Below are positions 1 to 9,379 of a stretch of 32,000 nt of DNA, in pieces. A program made the position numbers and the translations under genes. Below the pieces are notes generated by a model. That model was not told the DNA's origin. It worked only from the letters and a program-made list of their open reading frames with translations, and ran no database searches. Source of the stretch: Candidatus Nanosynbacter sp. BB002 (lineage in GTDB: Bacteria > Patescibacteriota > Saccharimonadia > Saccharimonadales > Saccharimonadaceae). How positions within the stretch are numbered: the first letter of the stretch is position 1; the number at the start of each line of letters is the position of its first letter. Where the stretch lies: contig NZ_CP146064.1 in the NCBI RefSeq assembly GCF_037013405.1, forward strand, positions 420,001 to 452,000. Direction: 5' to 3'.

Positions 1-79
1 ATAATAATCTCACCTTGGTTCATGACGTTATTACCCTGTCTATGCTATGATTGTGGTATAAGACGAAAGGAACTCTTAA

Positions 80-421
80 ATGAATAAACAACATCATCTG
101 TCTAAAGAATGGCTTATAAAGAAGCTGGTTTTTTGGTTTTGGCTGCACATGATTACATTTGGTGTAACCGCTTGGCTCGCCTATAGAAAATACCGCAACG
201 TTTCTTTTGAGCTGACAGATACCGCCATCAAGTTCAGAAATGGTAGGCTCACTCGTACAATCAATTATCGAACGATAGAGGGCTTTGTGCGAAATGGCAA
301 TACCATCGGGATTACGACGATTGGCGAAAAAATCATTGGTGGTTCGCTTGTCATCTCCGACATTGAAAATATTGACGAGTTTGAGTCTCATCTGGAAAAA
401 TACCTTGAATCTGCCAAATAA
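80..421 (+). CDS. Membrane-anchored bacterial PH-domain (bPH_2/YdbS-like) protein; moron-like gene on the opposite strand
   Basis: N-terminal hydrophobic hairpin (LVFWFWLHMITFGVTAWLAY) followed by a roughly 80-aa beta-rich domain. RBS AAAGGAA lies 8 nt upstream. An extended -10-like TGGTATAAG sits at 54-62. It is the only plus-strand gene in the structural module. Confidence 0.45.
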   Translation: MNKQHHLSKEWLIKKLVFWFWLHMITFGVTAWLAYRKYRNVSFELTDTAIKFRNGRLTRTINYRTIEGFVRNGNTIGITTIGEKIIGGSLVISDIENIDEFESHLEKYLESAK

Positions 422-423
422 CC

Positions 424-720
424 CTACCATTTTGCCTGCTTCTCCAATAAACTGATTAGCTTGTTGGCCTTTTTGCCACCAAGCGCAGCGGTAATTATCG
501 CCATTTGCTGTAACGCCTCTTGTGCCTTGAATACACGAGCTGCTTTGATTAATAATTCAGAGTCTCCGTATGGCATCTCTACCGCCTCAGCAAACGGTAT
601 TTGATAGTAGTAAACTAGAGCAGCAGCGGTGATTTTCTGATTCTTCAAAATATCCTTGGTCTGTTTTTCAATCAGCAAGGCTAGCTTTTCTGGATCGTAC
701 TGCTGCTCGTGGTCTTCCAT
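424..720 (-). CDS. Tail assembly chaperone, T segment (likely also expressed as a G-T fusion by -1 frameshift)
   Basis: Sits immediately after the G-like ORF with a TAATG overlap, in the -1 frame relative to it. This is the canonical position downstream of the major tail protein. Confidence 0.5.
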   Translation of the reverse strand: MEDHEQQYDPEKLALLIEKQTKDILKNQKITAAALVYYYQIPFAEAVEMPYGDSELLIKAARVFKAQEALQQMAIITAALGGKKANKLISLLEKQAKW

Positions 721-1103
721 TACTGCAATACCTCGACCCCCTCAGCACGAAGTGTTGCGTAATCCTCAGTCGCTAGTCTGAATAGCTCTGTCATGAATGC
801 TTCGAGGTTTTCATCTCCGATTAACTCGACGAGTTTATCTACTTCTGGTGCGCCATCAATTGGCTCTAGATTAGAAAGCAGCTCACCACTTAGCGAATTG
901 GAAACGATTGCCTGTAGCTGTGCACCGCCCACGCCCTTGACGCTACGCCTAGCATCATATTGAGTTGCAACCACTTTTGTGCGGCTCAGTCGCGGAACAA
1001 CATATTTCAAGGTACTCACATTACCGTTGTCGCTCATTTCAAGCGCCATGACAACACGCGGCGCACTAGTCTGGCTTTGAGTTTTATTAAACTTAAACGC
1101 CAT
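720..1103 (-). CDS. Tail assembly chaperone, G segment
   Basis: Acidic roughly 127-aa ORF directly after the major tail gene. I chose the ATG at 1103 because GGAGGA lies just upstream; the ORF track starts at 1115. Confidence 0.5.
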   Translation of the reverse strand: MAFKFNKTQSQTSAPRVVMALEMSDNGNVSTLKYVVPRLSRTKVVATQYDARRSVKGVGGAQLQAIVSNSLSGELLSNLEPIDGAPEVDKLVELIGDENLEAFMTELFRLATEDYATLRAEGVEVLQ

Positions 1104-1192
1104 CTTATCCTCCATTTCATAGTTGTAAAAACTACATTACTTTTTATCAATTTAGGTATTGACACGGTGTTTTTAGTACCGTGCCACCCCTG

Positions 1193-1699
1193 TTACGCAA
1201 ATGTCAGTTCGCCCTCGACAAACTGACCGTTGACAGTAACTTCGTACTCAGTCAAGCCATCTTCCAGTGACCAGTCAGTTAATGTTGCGTCTGCATCTAA
1301 AATATAAATAGTATGCTTCGCCTGTGATGCCAATTTAGGTACCAGCTTTAAGGTACCGGGCACTTGTGTCGAAGAGCCCTTTTTTAATCCAACTTGGACT
1401 GCACCACTTGTGCCGACAGTAACACCGTCTACGTTGTCGATTCTCTCACCACTGTCATAAACATGACCTGGTACGATATTCTTCAAGTTCTCCTGACCAA
1501 TATCGGTAACTTTAAACTTCATACTCGAAGTAAACTTCTTGACCACTTTTAGGCTTGTGCCGTCTATAAAATCGCGCGTCACCTTGTCATCGTCATTGTC
1601 TGGTTCGAGATCGTGTACGCCCAGAATTTTCTTAAAATTCTTGCCGTCTTTTGTACCAAAGTACAAATCGTGTGTCAGCCCAGAATATTCAATTGCCAT
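1193..1699 (-). CDS. Major tail protein
   Basis: 168 aa and beta-rich. Position is between the tail terminator and the chaperones. RBS AAGGAGAG. Confidence 0.55.
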   Translation of the reverse strand: MAIEYSGLTHDLYFGTKDGKNFKKILGVHDLEPDNDDDKVTRDFIDGTSLKVVKKFTSSMKFKVTDIGQENLKNIVPGHVYDSGERIDNVDGVTVGTSGAVQVGLKKGSSTQVPGTLKLVPKLASQAKHTIYILDADATLTDWSLEDGLTEYEVTVNGQFVEGELTFA

Positions 1700-1718
1700 T
1701 GCTTTCTCTCCTTTTGCC

Positions 1719-2105
1719 TTAATCTTTCAAAACTAATGTTACAGATTGGGCACTCCATACCCCCATCCGTAGTTCAGAGGCTTCGTAGGCACTGTCTTGC
1801 ATCGGAAATACACTCACACGAATGAATCTCGCGTCGGTGTATGGCAATTGCATCAATGCCGTTCTCAGCTTGCTGTCAAGCTCGTACAGCTCGGCCGCAT
1901 CGGCTTTTACTACGGTGATAGTTAGCTCGGTAGTCAGCTTGGTATTACCTAAGTTACCGCCGTCGTATTCACCGCCGCTAGCCGCAACTGCTACCATGCC
2001 GTCCTGGATCTTACTTGCCGGCAACCGCCCGACGAACACATTTTTGCCAAGCTCTCCGCCAATGGCAGTAGCCACAACTTTTGCAATCTCCAATGTTACA
2101 TTCAT
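1719..2105 (-). CDS. Tail terminator / tail completion protein (DUF3168-like)
   Basis: Size and synteny fit. ATGA overlap with the upstream gene. Confidence 0.4.
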   Translation of the reverse strand: MNVTLEIAKVVATAIGGELGKNVFVGRLPASKIQDGMVAVAASGGEYDGGNLGNTKLTTELTITVVKADAAELYELDSKLRTALMQLPYTDARFIRVSVFPMQDSAYEASELRMGVWSAQSVTLVLKD

Positions 2106-2443
2106 CTAAAAAACCTCTTGTAATCTTTCATGGTGCTTCTCACACCCCCGTCAACGAAACCTTTGCCAGTGCCGGCCGTGGTGTACTTACGTACCACATG
2201 TGTGCCATTCGCACGCTTGCCGCGGTTCTGGTACTGCGAGTAAACCGGCTTCCACGTCAATCTGATAGCGTCTCTACCGATTCGCCTCACCTCGACATTG
2301 CGAGACTTGAGCGACCCCCTACGCTTGAATGGTGCGGTGAGGTTAGCAACCATCAGCGTGTGATTTGCCATGGCGTTTAGTCCTGTAGCCGCCTGATTCT
2401 GGAAGAATCGTTTAACAGCGACTGTATTGTCGACCACCGGCAT
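2102..2443 (-). CDS. Head-tail joining protein (HK97 gp10 / SPP1 gp16-like)
   Basis: Synteny fits. The ATG at 2443 lies just after the upstream TGA and follows GAGAGG; the track start at 2449 is a GTG. Confidence 0.4.
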   Translation of the reverse strand: MPVVDNTVAVKRFFQNQAATGLNAMANHTLMVANLTAPFKRRGSLKSRNVEVRRIGRDAIRLTWKPVYSQYQNRGKRANGTHVVRKYTTAGTGKGFVDGGVRSTMKDYKRFFR

Positions 2444-2445
2444 GA

Positions 2446-2793
2446 TCACACCTCTCTGTCGAGCCTTGTCAGCTCAATCTCGACATGCTGTACTGTACCG
2501 CTGGTGACAACCGCTCTACCAACTGCCACATTAGCAACGCGGTACACTCGCTTAACGCCAAACAGCGTCACTTCGGCAAAATATCCCTCGATCGAGTATC
2601 CAGTTGATGACAACCAGCTATCTCGGCCGTCCAGATACGCTCTAGCATCACCTGTCATGGCATCGTAGCTACCGCCGCGGGTCAAGCCACTTGTCTGCTC
2701 GATGACACACTTCACATTGTGCCGCTCGCCTCCCGTCTGGCGGTATACACCGTCTACGGGTGCGACCAAGGTGATGCTATCGCGGAATATCAT
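2446..2793 (-). CDS. Head closure / head-tail adaptor protein (SPP1 gp15-like)
   Basis: Synteny and size fit. ATG at 2793 is preceded by GGAG. Confidence 0.4.
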   Translation of the reverse strand: MIFRDSITLVAPVDGVYRQTGGERHNVKCVIEQTSGLTRGGSYDAMTGDARAYLDGRDSWLSSTGYSIEGYFAEVTLFGVKRVYRVANVAVGRAVVTSGTVQHVEIELTRLDREV

Positions 2794-3427
2794 AGCGATG
2801 AACTCCACGCTGGCTCAGTGGTGCACCGAACGTATCACCAGATACTACACACGAGCTGACTGGCCGTACGAACTTCGCCAGTAGGTCGACATTCGCCTCG
2901 GCGAACTGGTCAATAACTTGTTTGGTGTTGTCATACGTCACTGAATGACTCAGCACCGTCTCAGATTTTACGTTGTTGTAAAAACTACCTTGATTAGCTA
3001 TTGACAGCGTGTCAAATAGCCTTGCGATGAGGATTTTCAAGCCGTATGGCAACGGCTCGCCATATCCCCACGCTGCTTTGACGACATGTCGCCCCGTCTC
3101 CAGTGGCTCAGCCATCTCAATGATGTTGAACCAGCTGGCGTTCAGTTCGTCAAACTGACTTACACACTTGACTACCAGCGGCTTGCCACTCTCAGTGGTT
3201 ACCTCTGGTAGTAAGCTGGTGAACGGATCGACAATTAGAAAACGTGAGCCGCAGGCTGCCTCATACCGACGTGACGTATTTGCCTCGCCCTGCATCTTGA
3301 CATCCAGCAGCGCTTCCAGTGTCTCTGTCACCTGCTGCAATAGCCGTTCAAAGTAAGTATTTTCGGTATCAGAAAGGGGGCGTAAAAGTACGCCCTCGAT
3401 ATCTTCTTTAGTTACCAGTGCTGCCAT
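2777..3427 (-). CDS. Head-tail connector (gp6-like) protein
   Basis: First gene after the capsid gene. The N-terminus (TKEDIEGVLLRPLSDTENTYFERLL) is typical of gp6-like connector proteins. Confidence 0.45.
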   Translation of the reverse strand: MAALVTKEDIEGVLLRPLSDTENTYFERLLQQVTETLEALLDVKMQGEANTSRRYEAACGSRFLIVDPFTSLLPEVTTESGKPLVVKCVSQFDELNASWFNIIEMAEPLETGRHVVKAAWGYGEPLPYGLKILIARLFDTLSIANQGSFYNNVKSETVLSHSVTYDNTKQVIDQFAEANVDLLAKFVRPVSSCVVSGDTFGAPLSQRGVHRYDIPR

Positions 3428-3445
3428 CTCTTACACCCCTCTCTG

Positions 3446-5344
3446 TTAGGCTACATGTTTAATAGCCACTGCTGTCGCGATGCCGCTCAAGCCACCACCT
3501 GCGAAGATTTCCTGCAAGTATTCGTGCTTGTTCTGCTTCAACGCAAAGTTGGTGTAGCTCTCGATTGATTGATCGCCGACTACCTTGTATCGATTGAAGA
3601 CAATCAGATATGCGTCGTTATCAGGATCATTGGTGTCGTTGAACCACTGCGGTGTGATTTTACCAGCCAACTCCAAATCCTCTAGGATATTGACACCTGG
3701 CGTATACAGCATGTGTCCATCGCTACCACGCTCATCTTTCAACGAAGTGATGTAGCCGCGTTTTGCAACGATGTAGACATCACCCTCGGCTTCAATCAAG
3801 TCCATCGCATTCAGAATTGAAGTACGACGGCTTTCTTTGGCTTTCGGCGTGTAGGTTTTAGCAAACACGTTGCCAGCCTTAGCGTCAGCTTTGACAGACA
3901 CAAACGATTTGATCTTGTCGTCGCTAGTATCCTCTAAACCATCGCCAATAACCACTGCACGCTCGATTGACGCGATAATCCGCTTTGGCAATTCCTGCAA
4001 TACGTAACGCAACAGCGCGCCAGTGCTCTTGTTCTTGCGGATAGTCTCTTTGTCAAGGGTGAGGTACTTGTAGATGTACTGACCCTCAAGCACGCGGTTC
4101 TCGATGGCAATCGTAGCCTCTTTCTTGTCTTTACCAGCCTGGTGTCCCAACGCACCGTCAGTATTGGTGTCCCAAGCTGTGTTGTAGGCATCCAATCCAG
4201 TCTTGTCGACCAGATTCCAAATCGGGCCGCCCGCCTTGAATGCACTCTCAATCGCTTCAACGACTGGTGTTGGGAATAGTTTGTCGGCACCAGTGACAGC
4301 CATCTGTACACCGTTAGCCTCAAGCTTGTCCATCCACGCTTCACGAACAGCGGCCGCACCAGCACCTGCCTGTGCTACCAGCACGTCAGCAAAATCTTCT
4401 AATGCCTTTGGCGTGTCCAGGTAATTTACGACAGTACCTTTGTCGACAGCTGCTGGATCAGCTGGTTCTTTAACTTGCATCTTTGCAATATCTTTCGGAT
4501 CCATTTCCGTATCCTCCTCAGGATTGTTATCAGTTGGTTCATCCGGCTCTGATTGCTCAGCTTCGTCAGTAGGCTCTGCCTCTGGCGCGGCTTCCGGTAC
4601 CGCTGTTTCGTCAGTCTTCGTTTCAGGTTCAGGTGCATTTTCGGTCGGCTCTGCCGCCTTAGCTGCTTCAGCCTCTGCTTTCGCCTTGATTTGTTCAACC
4701 AGGCTCTGCATTGGCTTGGCATCTGCCTGCTTTACGGCCGACATACTAAACGCAAAGTTCATACCCATCGCATTTTGCACGCTCTCGTCTTGTTTTTGCT
4801 TCTCTGGTGCTTCAGACACCTCATCGGCAAAACCAAGCTCGACAGCCTTATCGGCAAGCATCCACGTTTCCGCCTCCAGCAACTCAGCGATCTTTTCATC
4901 GCTCAGCCCTGTTCGCTTGGCGTAGATAGGCGTGATGCCCTCCTCGATTTTCATCAGAACGTCTTTGGCTTTCTCCATGTCGTCCACCGTGCCAGCCGCG
5001 TAAACGGACGGGCGGTGAATCATGATCATTGAGCCTGGCGACATGATAATCTTGTCGCCTGCCATCGCAATTACTGATGCAATCGACGCCGCTAAACCAT
5101 CAACTCTGACAGTGACATTTCCGTTATGATTCACAAGTGCGTTATAGATTGCCAAGCCTGCAAATACGTCGCCGCCGGGGCTGTTAATGACAACTGTCAA
5201 ATCGCCCGCATGCTGCTTGAGTTCTTCGCGAAAGAGGTCGGGTGTGACTTCGTCACCCCACCAGGTATCGCTCGCGATAGGCCCGTCAAGTATAAGCTCT
5301 TGATTATTCGACGAAACGGAATTGCTCCACTTCCAGAACTTCAT
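3446..5344 (-). CDS. Fusion of ClpP-like prohead protease, acidic linker and HK97-fold major capsid protein
   Basis: N-terminal S14/ClpP motifs (VINSPGGDVFAGLAIYNAL, LAASIASVIAMAGD, MIHRP). A roughly 100-aa Ala/Glu/Pro/Thr-rich linker follows. The C-terminal roughly 330 aa resembles an HK97 capsid. Confidence 0.8.
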   Translation of the reverse strand: MKFWKWSNSVSSNNQELILDGPIASDTWWGDEVTPDLFREELKQHAGDLTVVINSPGGDVFAGLAIYNALVNHNGNVTVRVDGLAASIASVIAMAGDKIIMSPGSMIMIHRPSVYAAGTVDDMEKAKDVLMKIEEGITPIYAKRTGLSDEKIAELLEAETWMLADKAVELGFADEVSEAPEKQKQDESVQNAMGMNFAFSMSAVKQADAKPMQSLVEQIKAKAEAEAAKAAEPTENAPEPETKTDETAVPEAAPEAEPTDEAEQSEPDEPTDNNPEEDTEMDPKDIAKMQVKEPADPAAVDKGTVVNYLDTPKALEDFADVLVAQAGAGAAAVREAWMDKLEANGVQMAVTGADKLFPTPVVEAIESAFKAGGPIWNLVDKTGLDAYNTAWDTNTDGALGHQAGKDKKEATIAIENRVLEGQYIYKYLTLDKETIRKNKSTGALLRYVLQELPKRIIASIERAVVIGDGLEDTSDDKIKSFVSVKADAKAGNVFAKTYTPKAKESRRTSILNAMDLIEAEGDVYIVAKRGYITSLKDERGSDGHMLYTPGVNILEDLELAGKITPQWFNDTNDPDNDAYLIVFNRYKVVGDQSIESYTNFALKQNKHEYLQEIFAGGGLSGIATAVAIKHVA

Positions 5345-5434
5345 GCTTTATTTCCTTGTTAAAGTTTGCTTTCGACTCCTGCTTGCCCGTCCAATTTGAG
5401 CGTTTTGCTCTCGTCTTATTTCTAAGACTACAGA

Positions 5435-7747
5435 TTACGATTTATCGAACTCATAACGCACCTGGTCGTCTGTCGAGGTAGCGTTGACGATCTTGATGTT
5501 GTTGACGTGCTTGCACTTCGCATTGCTACAACGCACCTGTGCGATCATCTGCGTGACACCCTTGATGTTTAGGTAGCGGCCGCACTCCTCGCATCGCAAA
5601 TCTAAATCAGCCATCTCGTCATCGATAATTCGCCGCTCAGCATTGAGATACGCCTTGACGACGCGGTACTTCGGATGGCAATGACCGTTCGGGTGGACAT
5701 CATAGCCATCGTTCTGTGCAAAGTTGTTGATGAATATGCCGCCGTCCCTGCCAATGATTGCTTCATTCAGATTCAGGATCGGCTCATCAACTGCCACCCA
5801 CTTATCGATTAGCGTGGCACAAAACTCACACGGCTTGCCGGTCTCACTCTCCATCGCTTTCTCGATCAGCGTTCCTGTTTGGTTTTGCACCTGCTTCATG
5901 GCTTCAACGCTTGACAGTGCGTCAGCTCGTGATATCTCAGTGCGAGCCATTCGCTGCACCCGCCATTCGTCGGTCTTCATAATGCCACGCAGCTTCTCCT
6001 CTAGCTCAGATTGTGCCCAGCCGTGCGATGCTGCATGATCAAGCACACGGCGGATTGAGGCGGCCGTATCGTCAGCATATGAGCGAGCCACATTTAGTAG
6101 ATATGCTCGGTATGCTTCCTGTGTTGATGCTGCCACCACAAAACCCGTTAGCTCGGCGGTAGACACTCCGTTATCTATCAGTAGCTGCTTACCATCCTCA
6201 AAGTAAATTGCGCCCTGTACAATCATCAACGCCACGATAATCAGCAGCAGTGCCTCGGCAAATTCGTTTTGCTCGTCGTCCTCTTCAGTGCTGTTTTCGG
6301 CCGTCTGGCGTGATTCAGCAATCGCTCGGTCGACTTGCTTCTGCATAAACTCAGTCGTTGCGTCATAAATCAGCTGCTCAAAATCATCGAGCGTCTGCGG
6401 CTGATCATCGGCTGATGCTTTTGGGCTGGTGCCGTTCGCTTCTCCCCAAACCCCCGTGTCGCCAACCTTGCGGCGGTCTGGCGCGTCTGCCACTTCATCG
6501 CCCTCGTCAACATCTGGCTTATCATTTTCAATCTCTGGCGGTTTATAGTCGCCCTTACGCAATAGCTTGAAATTATTAGGTAGCTTTAGTGCATCAATGA
6601 TGCTCTCGGTGCTATAGCCTGCTGCCTCCAGCTTCAAAATGGAATTGATACGAATATCATCAGCTTCAGCCTGCACTTTGACCTCATCGACAACCTGCGG
6701 AATAGCAAACTCGTAGGTGATGGCCACGCCCATGCCGCCGGTGATTCGGTTCAGCTCGTGCGTCAGCTGTGTGTAGTTGCGTAGCAATAATGGGTCAACG
6801 ACGTTCTCAGCAAACACCTGCTTTGACACTTGTGCGTTAGCGTACGTAGCTGTGTCATCGATACCTTTCATAATCGCCGATACGCCAAATGACGTATCAA
6901 TTCGCCTATCCACCTGCTTAAATAAGTTCTCGAAGTCAATATCTTTGTTCGGTTGCGAGAACGGCACCCACTCAATGGCTGCACTGCCTGACGGGATGCC
7001 AGTCTTTATATTGACTGGACGGTGCGTGTATGTGATGTTGTTATTATTGCCAGCTCCGCGATGAGAATCTTGCAACATTGCCACGCTTTCTTGAAACAAC
7101 TGTTGTGTTGGTGCGGTAATAATGAATTGCCCAGCCGGCACTGCTCCATTCTCGAAGAAGCCAGCTTGGAAATCGGCAATGTAGTCGTCGAGTGTTGCCC
7201 AACGGCGTGATGCTTCAGACGGTGAATAGCCAGCGTACAGGTCGTTTGGATCAACGCCGCCAGGCAGCACTAGCACCTCGTCCTCAGTGAACGTCTGCGA
7301 GCCAACCGTATATGTCGTCTTGCCGCCAACTCTAGAGACTCGTGGAAACTCCAGGAATGTAAAGCCGGCGATATTCTTGCCGCCCTGCCCCATGAAGTCG
7401 CCGCCAGGTTTTGCTGTGCCGCCGTAGTTACTCCATACCAAAATGTATGTCTTACGCAGTGACAGTGTCGATACGGCTACCTTTTCTGCGAACGCTACGG
7501 AGCTGTCAGACTTGTTTGGGTGGTACAGTGCATTGATGACTTCGTGTGGCACCTGCTTGCCGTTGCCGTCAATAGCAAACGGCCGCACCGTCATGTACTT
7601 ATTGGCAATCGTGCGAATATTAGGATAAGCCGTCGCGTAACTGCTGGCTCGGTAATGATCGAACATCGATAATCTTTGAAAAGCAGGGTCGACACCACTC
7701 ACCCGGCGCTCGCCCCTTAATCCCATAGCTGTTTTAATAATTCCCAT
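5435..7747 (-). CDS. Portal protein fused to a MuF-like head morphogenesis domain and a C-terminal Com-like zinc ribbon
   Basis: The N-terminal roughly 430 aa is portal-like. MuF motifs are present (WRVQRMARTEISRA ... CEFC ... HPNGHCH). The C-terminus LRCEECGRYL...VRCSNAKCKHVNNI...DDQVRY resembles phage Mu Com. Confidence 0.75.
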   Translation of the reverse strand: MGIIKTAMGLRGERRVSGVDPAFQRLSMFDHYRASSYATAYPNIRTIANKYMTVRPFAIDGNGKQVPHEVINALYHPNKSDSSVAFAEKVAVSTLSLRKTYILVWSNYGGTAKPGGDFMGQGGKNIAGFTFLEFPRVSRVGGKTTYTVGSQTFTEDEVLVLPGGVDPNDLYAGYSPSEASRRWATLDDYIADFQAGFFENGAVPAGQFIITAPTQQLFQESVAMLQDSHRGAGNNNNITYTHRPVNIKTGIPSGSAAIEWVPFSQPNKDIDFENLFKQVDRRIDTSFGVSAIMKGIDDTATYANAQVSKQVFAENVVDPLLLRNYTQLTHELNRITGGMGVAITYEFAIPQVVDEVKVQAEADDIRINSILKLEAAGYSTESIIDALKLPNNFKLLRKGDYKPPEIENDKPDVDEGDEVADAPDRRKVGDTGVWGEANGTSPKASADDQPQTLDDFEQLIYDATTEFMQKQVDRAIAESRQTAENSTEEDDEQNEFAEALLLIIVALMIVQGAIYFEDGKQLLIDNGVSTAELTGFVVAASTQEAYRAYLLNVARSYADDTAASIRRVLDHAASHGWAQSELEEKLRGIMKTDEWRVQRMARTEISRADALSSVEAMKQVQNQTGTLIEKAMESETGKPCEFCATLIDKWVAVDEPILNLNEAIIGRDGGIFINNFAQNDGYDVHPNGHCHPKYRVVKAYLNAERRIIDDEMADLDLRCEECGRYLNIKGVTQMIAQVRCSNAKCKHVNNIKIVNATSTDDQVRYEFDKS

Positions 7748-7951
7748 CTACTTATTACTCCTGTATAAATAAACCGACCAAAATATTAGCTGCACACCGA
7801 CAAATACCACTGTGGCGACCTTGCCGCCATAATATAGCCAAATACAAAACGGCACACCGATGAACATCAGCAGCCCTATCCACGCCTCAATGACAGTGTC
7901 CCTGTCTGGCTTTTGAAACTTTAATTTGCGCAAAAAGTCTTTCAATTTCAT
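7748..7951 (-). CDS. Small two-TM membrane protein
   Basis: 67 aa with two hydrophobic helices. RBS AGAGGA. Abuts the portal start codon. Confidence 0.5.
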   Translation of the reverse strand: MKLKDFLRKLKFQKPDRDTVIEAWIGLLMFIGVPFCIWLYYGGKVATVVFVGVQLIFWSVYLYRSNK

Positions 7952-7978
7952 ATAGTCCTCTAACTGTAAATATACGGA

Positions 7979-9376
7979 TTACATAATTCCGCCCCACTCC
8001 ATCACTACCTCGTGCTTCAGCTGTAGCCAGAGACCCATCAATACAGAGTCGAATATGTCAGGCGATTTGCCGAGCCGCTTCTTGATTGATTCCTTGGATT
8101 CCAACACGAACACCTTGTCTTTGTACTCGTGGTGGTGCATCTGTGCCTCCTTGATAAACTCATTGAGAAACGGAAAGCTCTCGAGTATTTTGACCTTGCC
8201 GCTGTCTAACCCCATCGCCAGCATATACGCCAACTGTGAACGTAAATTATTAAACGCCATCAGCTCCTGTGAACGCTCAGCGTCCTCTCGGCTCTTTGGC
8301 TCGTCGCCAAATGTCAAAAATGGATCAGGTGCAAAGCCGGACTTAAATACCGCAAACTCAGCACCGCGGTCTTTACCGCCATCGATAACACCAACACCAA
8401 CGCCCACGCCGTCAATGGCAATATTCTCATAACCAATCGCGAAGTTATCTGAATGCTCGATCAACCACTCTGCCTGCTTGCCTGTTTCCATCTGCTCGCT
8501 TGAGTCTTTCGTGATACTGCCATCAATCAGTGTCAGGTTCTCCCAGTCTGCCGCCACGCTGCGGTCAACACCATCACGCGCCACGTCGTAGCCAGTCGTC
8601 TTACGTCCTGGATCGTAGCTCTTGACGATTGCCTTGGCGAAAATACTCGAACGGAATATAGTCTTGCTCTCGTCCTGGTATTCCCAGTTATTTTTGAGGT
8701 ACCGCTCAACCCACCATGTCGGGTTGGTCATCATTGCATCGATATCTGATTGCATCTGCCATGAATCAGATAAATCGAACTCGACCACACGAATATTTGA
8801 CGGTAGTGGCTCATACTTGCCGTTTCCGCCATACTTCCAGCGCATATATACCTCTTTAATGTGCTCAACATCGTTTGGGTTTAGGGTGATAATGGCGATG
8901 CTCGGCTGTCCGTTAGTGTTGCGGCGTCCTTTGCGAGATTTAGCCGTGGTAAACATCGTCAGCGACAATTCGTCAGCCTCGTCAATATGGCTAGCGGTAG
9001 CGTTAATACCTTTAATTTTCTGGCCGCTCCTATCTTTTGTCTCGTCCGCCTCCACAAATCCAATCTTTGAGCCGTTAGGGAACTTAATCTCGTAATCTTG
9101 GCCATTGTACGTGTAATCCTCGCCCTCCTTGAAGTTCTTGCGGTCGAGCATAGTCAGGTATGACGGAATCACCGACCGCTTCGCCGTGCTGATATTCTTG
9201 CGAAAAACCGTCCAATATGTCTTCTCAAATGTGTCACAAATATCGATGCCGATACTCGCCGCGATGTCTGTCTTGCCGGTGCCAACTGCACCAATCAAAT
9301 AAATAGTATCGACTTCAGGGCAGTCGTTAATAATATCGACAACGCTTTGCTGCTTCGGCTTTAATTCTAGCGACAT
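7979..9376 (-). CDS. terL: Terminase large subunit
   Basis: Walker A GAVGTGKT and Walker B HIDEADE. A nuclease-like C-terminal half. Located upstream of the portal. Confidence 0.85.
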   Translation of the reverse strand: MSLELKPKQQSVVDIINDCPEVDTIYLIGAVGTGKTDIAASIGIDICDTFEKTYWTVFRKNISTAKRSVIPSYLTMLDRKNFKEGEDYTYNGQDYEIKFPNGSKIGFVEADETKDRSGQKIKGINATASHIDEADELSLTMFTTAKSRKGRRNTNGQPSIAIITLNPNDVEHIKEVYMRWKYGGNGKYEPLPSNIRVVEFDLSDSWQMQSDIDAMMTNPTWWVERYLKNNWEYQDESKTIFRSSIFAKAIVKSYDPGRKTTGYDVARDGVDRSVAADWENLTLIDGSITKDSSEQMETGKQAEWLIEHSDNFAIGYENIAIDGVGVGVGVIDGGKDRGAEFAVFKSGFAPDPFLTFGDEPKSREDAERSQELMAFNNLRSQLAYMLAMGLDSGKVKILESFPFLNEFIKEAQMHHHEYKDKVFVLESKESIKKRLGKSPDIFDSVLMGLWLQLKHEVVMEWGGIM

Positions 9377-9379
9377 GGG

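Noticed and set aside
20-430. 136-aa minus-strand ORF that could be the start of a tape-measure protein
   Set aside because: It stops after 136 codons and its composition is not helical or TMP-like. It fully overlaps the better-supported plus-strand gene 80-421, which has an RBS and a TM-plus-domain architecture.
3934-5032. Several overlapping ORFs (3934-4365, 4203-4424, 4426-4722, 4440-4925, 4553-5032)
   Set aside because: They are low-complexity Ser/Ala/Arg-rich shadows of the capsid-fusion gene and its repetitive acidic linker. None has an RBS or a recognisable domain.
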